In this document: positions 46,414-59,650 of the stretch, piece after piece
Numbering within the stretch: the stretch's first letter is position 1
How the letters are laid out: each line of letters begins with the position of its first letter
NCBI GenBank assembly: GCA_013115145.1
Contig: JAAPAO010000127.1
Location: 1-64,000 of the forward strand
Reading direction: 5' to 3'
DNA length: 64,000 nt
DNA from: Perkinsus chesapeaki ATCC PRA-425
Lineage: Eukaryota; Protista; Perkinsozoa
The notes under the pieces: model-generated
Seen by the model: only the letters and a program-made list of their open reading frames with translations
What the model was told of the DNA's origin: nothing
Database searches by the model: none
Translations under genes and position numbers: made by a program

Positions 46414-49400
46414 TCACTGGAAATGTACTGGAGAATGCCTCCAATGCGAGACTTCGCAGCAATCGCTCAACATATTTTTCCCCAGCCTACCTTGAACCTT
46501 CTCATCAAGTCCCAAGATATCAATACTCGTCACTGCAGTGTACCTTGTCGGCACTCCACCGTCCATTTCAATGCCCATATACGCCAGGAAACCAATCCAG
46601 AAGAACATAATCAAACAGATAAATACAAACAGCCACTCAGCGACGTGGGTGGTTTGTTGGAACATCTGTACAGTGGCACCGATTCCAGCCATGATCTGCG
46701 GAAGTGCGCCCAAGAACATCATAAGTATCCATTCGTAAGTGTTAGTATAGAGATTCATGTGCATGTGCACCAAAGAGAAGGCGTCGAGGATGAGCACGAA
46801 TGACCTGATAAGAGAACCATCTCGGAGATATGCTGGGTCACATCGGCGAGCGCTCTGATAGAGACCATGAAGCCTTGCTGGAATAAATCCCTGGATTCCA
46901 ATGATAATGAATCGAAATGATTAAACGTACTCCAATGCAATATACGAACATTTTCATAGATAAGAAAGATGCAAGAAGCTTCCCTTTGGAAAGTCTGTGC
47001 GCTCAAGGTTCGATGTTCCAAGATGACTCTTAAAAGATGGGGATACACCCCTGGTGAAAGATACTCCCAAAACTCACCATGCACCCCAAAGATGGGAATT
47101 GACCATGAAGTAGGCCAACCCCATATATGTGATGGCATCAAGCAGTTGATTAGTGCCAATAACCTACATAGAGAACAACACTTATATCAATGCGGCGCCC
47201 GAGGAGAACTACTGTACGAAAATCTATTATATAGTATAGTTTTAGAAAATGATACATGATATAGTTAAATTTCATATCATATATAGAGTTTTGTCATGAA
47301 AATTATACCAATCGATTCCCCTTGTCTTATAGCCATATCCCTAAAGGTTCCAGCCAATTTTGATCACTCTAACGCGAAATATTTAATTTTAATCAACTTG
47401 CTCAACAAACGCGAGCGCACTGTACTATATGAAATTGCGATGTTTTCTGTATCTATCAACTGTAGCTCAAGGTCCTTCAGTGAAGGACATTCTTAGCACA
47501 ACCGACAAGCCTGAAGGCGCCCTTTCAGACCACATCTTAGTAATAATCATTATAGTACTACTTCCATGAAGATAATATAAAGTGGGCGAAACTCGGCAAT
47601 GTCTTTGCCCCCCCACATGAAATGATTAATAAAAAAGGGAAATTCCCTTCAGTGAAAATGAAGAGTTTTTCCTATCGGACTTTGTCTAAAGAAATGAAAA
47701 TGAAGCTTCTCTGATTCTTACCAACTTTCCCCCAACTCTTGGTCTCCTCCCCCCCCTACCATGCAGACTCTGGTGTAGGCATCGAATCCTTGCCAATGCT
47801 GCTGTAGTTGATAGAAAAGATAGAAATGTTCCAAGAATAGATTGTAGTCACCAACCAGCTCATCCCGAACATAGGCATTGCTCATATCGATTTCTTTCTG
47901 AATAAAAACAGATGGAGCAAGAATTGCCACCATTGAATTTCTTAGTCCATAAAAATGCCCCGCCCCCCCCGTGCCCCCGTTATTACCTCCTTCAACGCAT
48001 CTTCCAATCGGCCATCTCCCTGTCTACGGACTTCACGACCGACTTCTTTGAATCCGGGCACACGACTAAATACAAAATTGAATTTAATCTACTCGAACCA
48101 CGAATCCTCTAAAAGAATCCAACTAATCCAACTACAGCACCAAACCCAATAAAAAACGGCCGAGTGTGATCGAAGCCAATGGTAAGTGTTATTGTTGTTG
48201 ATGACATGATTATTGATGCTGGTTTATATGATCCCAAACAATAAAGCGACCAGCGACACATGACAGTCCTCATATTAATACTTCTATAAATAGTAATGGT
48301 TACAGAGTACGAACATGTTAAAATTATAACTACCAGAAAATAATAACTCCAAGGCATTTCCCAATAAGACCATAGGCAATCCTATCAGGACAAGAAAGCG
48401 AATGAAATGCATATGGGCTCCTCTAGCAGCAGCATTTTCTTGTTCATCTGCGGCAGCAGCAGCGCTGCTCCTTTGGTCAGGCAGATAGGCGTGCCAATGA
48501 ACGGTGAGGGTTGAGCACGAGCAGGAGCAGCTTAAACCACGTAGTGGATGAACTCTCTTATTTAGAACGCATCTGTCCTAACGAATCTCTATCGATCTAA
48601 GGTGTGATCGAGCAAGCACTACCCCCATTCTAGTGAGCCTATGCCCTTAACTACCACCTGACCCTTCCCCAAGCACTACCCCACAATAGGTATCCTGAGC
48701 ATGTCCACAACTCCTCCTCGTTCGTATTCAACCGCACCAATACCAGTGGTGGCATTAATATTTTCCCGGCCAGGAACAGGAAGACGTAACCACTGAGTGA
48801 GCAATCGGACCTAGGACGACCGCACTATAAAGAATTTAAGATACTTTTTATATTACAGCAAACGTCTGAGCTGTGATCGAGGCGTGGATGGCAAAGAAGA
48901 TCGAAAGCATAAGGAACAGTACTGCAGTTCCCAAAGACAAAAGATACAACCATACGAGCCAACCGGGAGTACCTAGTAAAAACCATTAAATCAGACCGCT
49001 GGACTATACATTTCTAATAGTAATAAAAACCAGTACAGATAGAAAGCAGCGATACCGCTTTCCTGTCAAACAACATTACCACAGCTAGTATATAAATAAG
49101 ACTGCGGTATGAGATAACCCTGATGAAGTATGTCGAGTGGATCATATACCAGTGAATTGCATGTGGTCCTCAACACTCACAAAAACTGATCATCTGTGGG
49201 ACACTCAGCAAAATAGACAACCAAGTTATAACTTGATATTTGTATTAATTTTCAACCTTATATACTCTCTACCGTAGTCCAGTAGAGTGAACTAATGCCC
49301 TCTCATCATTAACACCGTTATTATTATTACCTTGGGGCACTCGACCTTCATAGAAGAATCCTCCGGTAAATGCCAACATAAGCGTATTGACAATCAAGTA

Positions 49401-49667
49401 GTTATCCATTTTGGAGATGGTAAGATCGAAAAGGTCTCGAATATCCTCACGGTATAGTCTAACTTGGTCAAACCGGCATTTCTGTGTATGGTACACCTAC
49501 AGGCCAGAAGAGAATCTTAGGGTTGAGCGTGCAAGATACATAATAGGTTACCAACCTGCCCTTACCCTTTTCTGATTAATCTTCCTATTGAACATAAAGT
49601 TCTGCCTATTGTACTCAAAGATGCCCTTAACACCTTCAAACATCGAACCGACTTCCAAGCCTCCCAT
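46414..49667 (-). CDS. Multi-pass membrane protein of unknown function, multi-exon
   Basis: MGGLEVGSMFEG..; RLYREDIRDLFDLTISKMDNYLIVNTLML; HFYLFYQLQQHWQGFDAYTRVCM joined over a ~600-nt intron to VIGTNQLLDAITYMG; many TM helices; from memory it resembles a family seen in alveolates (unverified). Confidence 0.65.
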
Positions 49668-50446
49668 ATTAGCAACTGCTACAGTAACTTATCAATAAAT
49701 AGGAGATGGGCCGCCCAAGCAAACACAAAGCTGAGAGAAGTCAATAGAACAAGATCTCCAGTTGCTCCAATGACGAGGATTATGTCTCTTTGAAACTATA
49801 CGATACATTATCCCCTAGGTATCGGAGTAGGCCCTACCCGATCCGTATTCACTAAGGCTTACTGTTCCACCAGACTTAGTGGATTCTAGCAAACGTCAAA
49901 GGTGGGACCCCTACATTCTAGCAACCCTTGGGAATCCTACAAATGGTGTCACACAAGCTAACGGGAGCCTCAGCACTGTACTGTGAGGGAAGTGTTAGAC
50001 GAGGGAAGCTGAAGACGATTATATAAACTGCGTTAAAACGTTACCGATCCGACCCTCGGATAAGTTTACACACGTATAATCGTCTACTCATCTGATATTG
50101 TTAGACTAGGCAAAGATCGGCTGCAAAGTCTGGTTTCGTATCTCCGTATCAAGTCTAGCCGCAATACAGGGTACTGCGAGAAAGGATCTTCTGTTTTTCT
50201 GAATGCGGAGCGAAACAAAAGATGCCCAGCCGTTTGTGAGCTGAAGAGCCATTCGCTATTTCTGCCGTGTGAATCAATTTGACACTCGAGTCGGGCTCCG
50301 GGCTACGGCTGGGCAAGTGAATGGCTACATAGAGAAATGTCCTACTGGATCTGGATTGTCGTTGAAAAAGAAGCATCCTGAGCGGTATGTAACATTGTAT
50401 CGTCATTATCTCCGCACCATTGTTCGTTGAAGCCTGTAGTTGATGG

Positions 50447-51265
50447 TTGAAAAAGTGCCACAGTTGTTATATTATGCCAGGCATCATCTGTTCTGTTAAC
50501 TATTTATCAAAAGAACTGGACGCTTTTATCTCAGAGTACAACTTGAGTGCTAACTTCAACGAATTGCTCCGCTACTCCTATCCATCTCATATCTGCCATA
50601 AACTACTACGCGATTGCCGCTATCTACCCACCCACAAGCCCTCTGAAGAAACCGTGGAGGAGTTCTTAACCGAAGAGCTGCAGAGGCGAAGCTATCCCAC
50701 TAGCCGTGCTGTGCTGCGCTCCGGTAGCATTCTACAGTGGCTTCTCAGTACGCCTGTGAAGAGCCGTTTTCATATCTTATCTGATCTGAGCCTCGGTCAT
50801 ATAGAAATGCTAATAGATGAGTTTTGTCATGAAGGAACAGTCGATCGATCAGAGTACGATCGCCTTCGATATGAAAACGCCTACGACGCCGTGGCCCACG
50901 AAATATACCTTGCCATTAGAGGAAGCGCTGTCTGGTCATCTACTACCGTACCCACGCCGTCAAGTGGCTACAGGGAGACTTTCAGGTACTCTAGAGGTTC
51001 AACTGGTTACCGTAATGCAGAACTGAAACCCCGGAATCAAACGAGATCTCCGCGACCTCGTTGCCATGATAGTGGTAAAGGATTCAATTCGAGATCGATG
51101 AACCATCCGTATCGGCAGCGAATGTTATCTACGGCTGAGGCAGCCGAGCCTACCTGGAGGGACACAAGTGCAACTCGGGTTAAATCGGAAACGCCTGAAC
51201 GAACTTCCAACCTACCGTGGTGGCAGCTGATAAGTCACCGACTCGATGGTTCTGAATGGAAATAA
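50447..51265 (+). mobile_element. Intronless gag-like/unknown ORF, probable retroelement relic
   Basis: 272-aa intronless helical ORF with basic low-complexity tail in gene-poor DNA; no diagnostic motif. Confidence 0.3.
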
Positions 51266-52556
51266 TATAATAGTTTTCATCTATGCCAGAGTATGGCAGC
51301 CAGACTGTCAACATTTCATTGTTCACACTTTCTTTGCTGATGTACGTTTTCGTCTCTGATCTCATCTCGGGTTCTTGTTAGTATTATACAATAAACCCAT
51401 CCTGGGTCATCTCAAAATGCGAGTAACAGTCCCATCTATGATGCACTCTGTTCACATTGATTTCCTTTCCCAAGTTTGATAATATGAATCGCCTCCTTGC
51501 ATTCGTGCTTGTAGTAGAATCCAACACAGGTGTATTTGCTCATAATATACTATAATCATAATATTGTTATGAAGTAAAAACCACGGCCTCAACCTCCCAA
51601 TGGGACGCTGCCATCGATCAATCGAGATAGCCAATGAGGCGTGTACTTGAAAAAACTCGGAACATATCATATACTCATGCCTACTTTCCTTAGCATCAGC
51701 ATTGCTACATGTTCAGAAGCCAACGAGGCAACCAATGCAACATACACTCTATAACGACTAGTTAGAGTCGGCACTGTGGCAGGTGGGAACATCAACGAAC
51801 AGATCAAGTGGCAAGATCAGAAACGACAATTAGGGGAAAACGACGGACATCTTGTTACACCTAGTACTGCTGCATTCTGGGAACAAAACATTTTTATTAT
51901 AATTCACACATGCATAAAAGTGTGTGCGTGGGAGCGAGCGCGACGCTCTCAGGAAGTACTACCCCGATCGCCCACAGATAGTCATGTTTACTCCACCTCA
52001 ATCTTGTGCTTTGATTCACCAATTTGGTGAGCTTACTAGAGTGGCTCCTGATAGGATGGAATGTAATTTTCGTCTAATTCAGGATGATTTCGTTGCTCGA
52101 GCGTGCTGATCCTGTTGTTCCGCTAAAAACTATTCGGTCCTAGCACTCTGGCACCTGGCGACATCAGGCCGTTTTAGCCAAACACCGTTCGCAATTCGCA
52201 TGCAACAAGATCACTCGGACACATCTATAGCGCAGCCTGTAGTCATCATTTAGGGACCAACGTTTGCGACGCGTCGATTTACAGTGTCACTTAAATATGT
52301 CCTGGCAGCCAACAGTAGTATGCGACCAATATCGGCGCTGACATCGTCACTGATAATTCATCAGTGCTACCATTTACTCAACACTATCAAATCTGGTGGT
52401 ATCAGAAGCTATATTCAGCAAAAGAAGGAAAAGGATCATCTAATGCTGCTATTTGGTGACTGGCAGTCACTCACTGACTGTTTTGACCAAATAGATTGGG
52501 TAGGATAGACCAAGTCGATGGTGAGACGTTTACAAAATAGTCTACCATACTTGACA

Positions 52557-53315
52557 TTACCTTATAAAAGGTTCAAACGGCGACTTCGACTGGACGGTCC
52601 CGTTGTACAGCGAGAAGCTGCGAGAGAAAGACTTGGATAAGCTGAAGTAGTTAACGTTCAGAGTTCCATACATGTGCCACTTGAGACCATCTCCAGAATC
52701 AGCCGCAATCTCCACACTTACCCTAGTAGTCGACTTATCATCACCTTTACCAGTGGTAACCTCTTCGTCAATCTCAATTAGACTGAACATACGCATAGGT
52801 ACATAATCTACCAACTCCTTGTAGTGAACCTTGCAGCTGCCTAGAGTTGAGAAGGGCAAACTTATATCTTTCTTGCCCGACTGCTTTATGTCGATGTCTC
52901 CCTCAACATAAAAGTCCAATTCTTTCCCTCCATAAATGTCATCTCCACCTTCCTCCTTCACGGGTGGAATCGTAAATCGAACGGTGATGTCCATGCCCTC
53001 ATCGGCCAAGGTCTGTTTGAGCACAGTACCCCCAAGTCCTTCCACACGAACCCTGAAACTGCCTGTCTCATTAGGGACAGTGGCTCCGCAGGCAAGTTCA
53101 AGATCGGTGTAGGCCTTGTTGGTGAGGTCGGCAGATTTGAGACGGTAACCACCAAGTAGAACTTCGGAGTTACCCTTAACAAAGAAGCAGTTTTTATTGG
53201 GAATCTTCTCACCTTCGTAGCAGTTCTTAGGACTGATAGCCAGATAGTCTATAACCTGTTGCGAAAGGGCGACAACACACACCAACGCCAGAATGCCAAT
53301 GATTGAGAGGATCAT
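52557..53315 (-). CDS. Intronless secreted protein, 252 aa
   Basis: Clear signal peptide MILSIIGILALVCVVALS, beta-rich body with Cys pairs; no family recognised. Confidence 0.75.
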   Translation of the reverse strand: MILSIIGILALVCVVALSQQVIDYLAISPKNCYEGEKIPNKNCFFVKGNSEVLLGGYRLKSADLTNKAYTDLELACGATVPNETGSFRVRVEGLGGTVLKQTLADEGMDITVRFTIPPVKEEGGDDIYGGKELDFYVEGDIDIKQSGKKDISLPFSTLGSCKVHYKELVDYVPMRMFSLIEIDEEVTTGKGDDKSTTRVSVEIAADSGDGLKWHMYGTLNVNYFSLSKSFSRSFSLYNGTVQSKSPFEPFIR

Positions 53316-54790
53316 TTGGTGGGAAAGAGCTGAAGGATTACCTCAGATGAGCAACTTATCGTTGACTCAGCGACGCTGACCCAATGAAGAAGCAGGGGTC
53401 TACCACGGGAGAAAATTACGACTAGAACTTTACGACGGAAGGAGATTCGACGATTGTCGACTCCTTGCACTACTAGTAGCACTCAAGAGGGTAACGATTT
53501 GATCAGCTTAATTAGCTCAAGCTGCGGGGAATACGTGCAGCCCGGTTTGGCTAAAAAACGAACAACCGTATTAATAGGGATACAAAACGACATCATGTCA
53601 GTTCTTGGTAGACGGGCTAAATGGTGCAACCTCGCAGATGTACCGAAGATCACTTCTATGGAGAAGCAGTAAGCTTGCCCTCACAAGTAGTTCGAGAATT
53701 TATATGGTCACCGTCACATTCCTCGTCGCCACTGAAGCCGAGCTTACCGAGCGCTTTCTTATTTTGTAACAGAAACAGCGAGTGTACAGACTCTCTACTA
53801 GAGAATCACCTGCATACGCAAGTTGCAGCTTCCGCTTCACATTGCCTGCATTCCCGAAGCAGGTGCACTTCTGCCAACATTAGAAGATTCTAAGGCTTAG
53901 AATCTAAGCGTTCCGCGGACTTAATTTCGGACGTTCTTTCGTTGGTCGACATTAATGCATCCCTGAATCCGGGACCATGATCTAAAGGCTTCTGAAAAGT
54001 CGCAACGGTAGAGTTCCCTATTAGTGATCCGTTATCTGGGGTGCGGCCGAGCTTCAGGTTCGAGTATTCCACAGGTGGTAATGTGGCATTCCGAATGCCT
54101 ACACACTCGGAATGAGGTACTCCCGCGTTTGATGGGATGTAGATACGCGTGCAGCTCGTGGCGCGCACCGCGGGTGTAAAAGAAGTGGATAATGTCTATT
54201 TATTAGCATAGGCTATGTCACTCTATTTGCACTAGTTTGAGATTAGCTGTGCTAGGATTTCAGTATAACTTAGTCAGTGTAGGTAGCTGAGAATTGTTAT
54301 TTTTCCACTGTCCTTTGAAGTTGCACAGTTTGCTATTAGCTATGTGATCTACTCTGTTGCACGCATACGTTAGGCTTTTCTGCGCCTTGGGTTGGAAATT
54401 CTTTCTGGCACTCAACAAGGGTGGTTCTTGCATTACTCGTGATACGCAATGCGCACTGCGCATCCACGATGCAAGCAGTGCTTAAGCATCGTGGTCAAAA
54501 TCATCCTGCGGGAGTTCCTTAATCCGACGCGCGTGTTCCTGCCGGCACGACGCGGTGGGTAGGTGTTTTCCAGCTCTGAGCAGTATGGAGGAAAGCACCG
54601 AAATAGCAGAATTAAGAAAAGTATAGCTATTGAGCTGATAGTACACTCTACTGAGTAGACTCTACTCCGAGTAGACTACTTGTATAAGTTAATCTTATCA
54701 GAAAGAAAGGTTCCCTGATTATTTCCCTAAGAAACTTACTAATATTTTCGGGGATTCTTCCTTGATTTTCCCCTGTCCCACTGTAATATC

Positions 54791-55078
54791 TTGCGTAATG
54801 ACTTGGTGGAGGGATTAGCCTGGGACATATCTAGGCATTGGTCAGCTTGTAGAGAGTATTTGTTCAGAATAAAGCAAGTAGACAGCCCTTTCTGTAAGCT
54901 ATGCAGTTTGGATGATAATAGTAATGCTGTAGATGGTATTGATCACATACTCCTTTTCAATTGCCGCAAGAATGAGAACATTCGAATTACTTGTTCCGGA
55001 AGTTCTACAATTGTGGCAGATAGAGACGACTTTGTTAGTAGGAAGTTCCTACTAACAAAGTTCCTACTAGGAACGTAG
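54791..55078 (+). mobile_element. 3' fragment of a non-LTR retrotransposon (C-terminal Cys/His motif)
   Basis: HWSACREYLFRIKQVDSPFCKLC..DGIDHILLFNC matches the LINE C-terminal YL.RI...DSP.C..C....H.L..C pattern. Confidence 0.6.
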
Positions 55079-56436
55079 TTGATGTCGCGCGGTTCGTTGC
55101 TTTAGCGAGGGGCTTATGATAAATATTCTCCTGCCTTCTCCATTCCGTCGAATGGAGTTCAGGTGATACCACAGCACTGCTTATCAACGTAGCAAAGTCT
55201 GTGCTGCGGAGGGCAGCGCAGGACTCGGAGGGGCACCCCCTCCGAGGGAGTCAGATCTGATGATCGGATTCTGATCGTGAGGTCAACATACAACTAGGAG
55301 ATCTCTGTCTTTTTCAGTAAATGCGCGAGTTATGACCAGGTCATTATGACCTACTGCCAGTAGGCTACTGGTACACCTTCATCACCGAGGAACATCACTT
55401 CACCCCAGCCGCTGCGACTATCTTATGCACTAGCGGCCGTGTACGATCAGGCTTTGCGACAGGATCAGCAGCTCCCGGATCGTGCCGTGACAGTTCCTTC
55501 ATCAGGCGTGGTTGGCTGATGTGGAGGTCAAGTTGACGTCCCATGCAATCATGCACATATAAGAATATCGAACTTCCAAACACAGTTTGCCTGTGTAAAT
55601 GCATATCCTGTTTACGGTCCGAATCAGCTATTTTCAAAACGCATTTCTTCAAAGGACCGATTCTAGCGGCCCAGCAGCCTGAAAAGACCATGGCTTGCTG
55701 TGCGACTCTGCACCGAGCAACTCTTGGCAGATATAATATATTTTTGATGATCAGTTTCTGATCGGATATATCCAATCATGCTATGGATCCCATCATGGAG
55801 TTCCGGTCCGGAACTCCAGCATTTCCGGAACTTCCGGAAATTCTATTCCCAATGGACATTTCCTATACCACTTCTTATTGAGGAGTCCTTAGGTAATACC
55901 TAATGAGTGAGAGCACAGCTTCGGAATTGTTCGGCACTGACCATCCTAGGTCTTGCTAAACAGTTGCCAAGTAAGTAGGTTTGCTCAATCAAATACCAAA
56001 CCTCACGCGGATGGCATATCCCACCTCTTTTCATGAGTGTGTCTACGACCTCATCTAGTCTGGGCATGCAGCTGCCAAGTAGGATAAACACGACAGCGAA
56101 TACCTGTGATATTCACCGATATTATATCATCGATGAAGACATAATCTTCATTCATGATTCATCAAAATGTGTGTGCGTTGAACAGACGGCGCCACGACCA
56201 AAAGTGGCATGGTTTCCTCCGGGAAACCAAGTATTTCCGGTACACATGTAAAAAAATCGGAGCAGGCTATCCTGCACCTTCAAGGCGTATCAAAGACTTC
56301 GGAAACACGGGTGTTGTTACGGATACACAATCTCCGCGCTATCACATCCGGGTCCTAAACCTTAGGACTTAAGGGTTCCGCAGGAGCGACGAGTGGCCAC
56401 TTTCAGCTTGCCCAACGTGTCTCAGCCACCGCCAAT

Positions 56437-56765
56437 ACCGAATAAGAATACTTACTCAATAAGTACTGTCTCTGCTTTTGCTTCCGCAAAACGCTTCTCA
56501 GCTGACAGCCACAAGTCATATATATCTACTCTCTGTTACACGCGCTCTTACACAGACTTATCCGGATTTCAGAACTTACCGAACATACAGTCCTCCAAAT
56601 AAACTTAGAATATTTTGAAATAATATCATTACTTCACAACGGGAACGAGTTTAGTGCTCATCTTCGGATATGTTATGCATATGGTAGTTCAGACCCACTT
56701 GTCAAAATATTGTACGGGACTCACGCATAGGCAGAAGCGGTATTTATTAAGTATTCTTATTCGGT
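56437..56765. repeat. 18-bp perfect inverted repeat pair ACCGAATAAGAATACTTA (56437-56454 / 56748-56765)
   Basis: Read directly; ~290 bp spacer; possible MITE-like relic. Confidence 0.6.
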
Positions 56766-57599
56766 TCACGGCGTCGTCGACCCACCCAATGCACAGCCTA
56801 GTAGGCTAAATCTATCGCCGATAATGCAGCCCAAAAAATAAAGTGTCGTTCTCATCGTTCCGACGCATATCCATCAAAGACTTTCTAGCGAATTATTGGG
56901 GACTCACCAATCATTCGAGTAGTGCTCTCCAATTGACTGTCCATTATGGACAGCTCCATTCACTCAAAAACAGTTGGTTCGAGTAAGTGATTTTGCGAGC
57001 TGCTCAGTGATTGTGTCATTCACTCTTATTTACTCTTATAACACAAAATAAGCGCTTGGTAGAAAGGGATTTCGGTAATACCGAATCGGCGGTATATTAG
57101 AAAGTAAAGCCTTGATCATTACGAATTGATCCGTGCTTAGCTGTTGGCTGAGGAAACCAACCAGGTGATGCATACCTAATAACGAACAACCAGTTGCCGT
57201 ATAATACAACTTGCCTGAAGCTCAAGCACGCCATGGAGTAGTCAAGCCTAATGTAATCCTATCCTAATGAGCTCTCACTGTAGTATTACAAATTTATAAA
57301 CATATTGTAATCATAGTAACATAAGCTAATCTATATACTATTATAACAGTACTTACACTATATAGTAATACTATAATATATAATAAAAATATATATATCT
57401 ACATCACAATTTATACTCTCTTATAGTTTTTAGATTCATTATTGATGCATACTTGTTAGTAACAAGTCACAAGTTGTTACTTTATAATCTATATACTATT
57501 TTGATACTTATACTATATATCAATAATAATACATAATACAATATAATAATAATAGATCTATATTACGATTTATATTACTATATAATTTTTAGAATCATT

Positions 57600-59650
57600 A
57601 TTGATCCACACTGGTTATGTACTCCATTACTGGATTTACCCCACTGCCTGGTTCACCCTCCCCTTACAATCCAGTCTTATATTTATAACACTGCCACACA
57701 CTCCATCCACTGACCAGACTAATACCCAACAGCGCCATAGCTGACAAACGATAATTACAATTGGAGCCCCTCAAATTGAAGAACACTTACACAGAAATCT
57801 AGACTTCCTCGATTTGATCCAATATGGAGCCCGAACTGCAGCCAAGAGAGATAATCCGGATACTATCATCATCGATGAGCAGAAGAGGCCTTCGCCCAGA
57901 TACTGACCGCGAAACTGCGGCAAATTGAAAAAAATAGTTTTAAAGAAAATAGGGAAAAAGTTTGGGGCTACTTACTCCTTTCAAAATGTACTCTGTATTT
58001 CCATTCCTATCTCGTCCGGAGAATATCATCCCATTAAGCAGGTTATAGAAAATACCAGAAGTTGATATCATCTGAACGAGCCATCGGACGACCAAGGTTC
58101 GAACCCCGGGGCTTCCTACTTCTATCAAAAGTGCTGCAATAATGCATACCACATGCCACCTTCTGGCTGCATATAGTCCATAAATAATGAGGCCGATTGC
58201 TGCTAGGATGAGACACCATACTTTCACGGCGTGCTGAGAATAACTAGTACTCAGGTGAGATGCGACAAATATCCCAACAGACGCAACTGTGAAATTTGGA
58301 TGACGAGAAACAAAAGGAAGCCATCGAAGGACATTAAACAGACCCGTTCTCGATAGATCTCTGCGACGAATCTCCTATGTACGTGATTGGATAATTCACC
58401 TCAACAATTCTGCCAAAAGTTTTACTGAAACGCGTCACGCTATCGATTTATTTTCTCGGACTGTAAGGCCTAGCTGAACTCGGCTAGTTCTCTCCCATAG
58501 AAAGGAAGGCAAGTGTGAGTTCCTGGCAGAGTCCGTTACAGATACCCTCATTCCCTTACTACCATAACTCTCTCCTGTTTGGTAGTGTACGCTTCTACAT
58601 GCTTCCCAGTTTTGATATTCATCCAATCGAGTATCTCACCAACTGGTGGTTCTAACTTGGTCTGATGGTAGATCTCCGATGAAGCTATCTGATATTCTCT
58701 TAGGGACTTCTTGTACTTCAATTTTGACCCTTCATGGAGGTGAACCTATGAGCCAAATTCAGGCTAAGCAATCGGTTCTCCTGAGCTGGCTTTGAATGTT
58801 CCATTAAGGTACACTGCTCGAAAAAAGTATAAAAATGAACGTGCGTGAAAACTACGAGTGTTTCAGCCCCTAGCCAAACGTATCAAATTGAAGAGCAGAG
58901 ATCTAATGCCAGCCTCTTCCATAGTCGGGCCTCCAATTGACAGTTCCTACAACCGAGCCTTCTCCATATACTACCAAATGTGGCACTGACTTGAAGCCGT
59001 GCAGCCTCTGCAAGTCCCTATTATGAAAGGCATTCATTTCCACAAAGAACACTGGCTCTTCATCTTCGTCTGACTCTCCTACCGCTCCCGCCTGAGAAAT
59101 CGGTCAAGTGTCCGTCATTCTTCCCGCCGAAAAAAATCTTTTTAAAAGACTCCGCAACCAGTTTTACATTGGAAGCGTTGTTCACTTCAAAACTATTTCC
59201 TCTTCATGGCCCGGACTCGTTAGGAGAATAAAATTTATGTTAAGCTCATATGGGCTCTTCCCATCCCCGTAATAGATCCTCGATGGATAAACCCCCGAGC
59301 CCCGAGGTTGGGGAATCCACTGTTATTACCATATAATGTGACATGGCCGCCTTATCGAATGCCTCACCAATAGGACCACAGACATCACATACCGCTCCCG
59401 GAGCGGTAATGAGGACAAATGCATGGTATGGACGAGGGTCCTCGAGAAGGAGCCTCCTGTATTCTTCAGTGCTAAGGGATATCTTGGCCGACCTGAAAGG
59501 AATCTTTCCAATGGGAAGATATATTTATAATGTGATATTATTTCTTATTGTACTAACTCCAGCTGCTCGCAATCAGCCACTATTTCGAACAATGTCTCCC
59601 GTTTTAAGGCGGACTCGTAGGTGGGATTGTTATCGAACAACATATTGCTC
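57600..59650 (-). CDS. OST3: Oligosaccharyltransferase subunit OST3/OST6 family (MAGT1/TUSC3-like), multi-exon, ends approximate
   Basis: LSTEEYRRLLLEDPRPYHAFVLITA, HGFKSVPHLVVY, ISTSGIFYNLLNGMIFSGRDRNGNTEYI..FRGQYLGEGLF correspond to the thioredoxin-like domain and the SG.MWN.IRG..YI..QF..E motif of this family. Confidence 0.75.
58072..58119 (-). other. 48-nt probable intron containing a tRNA-like 3' end
   Basis: GTAGGAAGCCCCGGGG-TTCGAAC-CTTGG-TCGTCCG-A-TGGCTCGTTCAG; in frame, interrupts a TM segment. Confidence 0.6.

Noticed and set aside
47942-47987. Another tRNA-end intron (GGCACGGG..CGGGGCATTTTT)
   Set aside because: Shares flanks with the tRNA modules but the T-loop is missing; suggestive only
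53400-56400. Additional genes among short ORFs
   Set aside because: Fragments lack recognisable motifs and sit among transposon relics; not supportable
57290-57600. AT-rich tract as a special element
   Set aside because: Simple low-complexity sequence just downstream of the OST3-like gene, likely 3' UTR or intergenic
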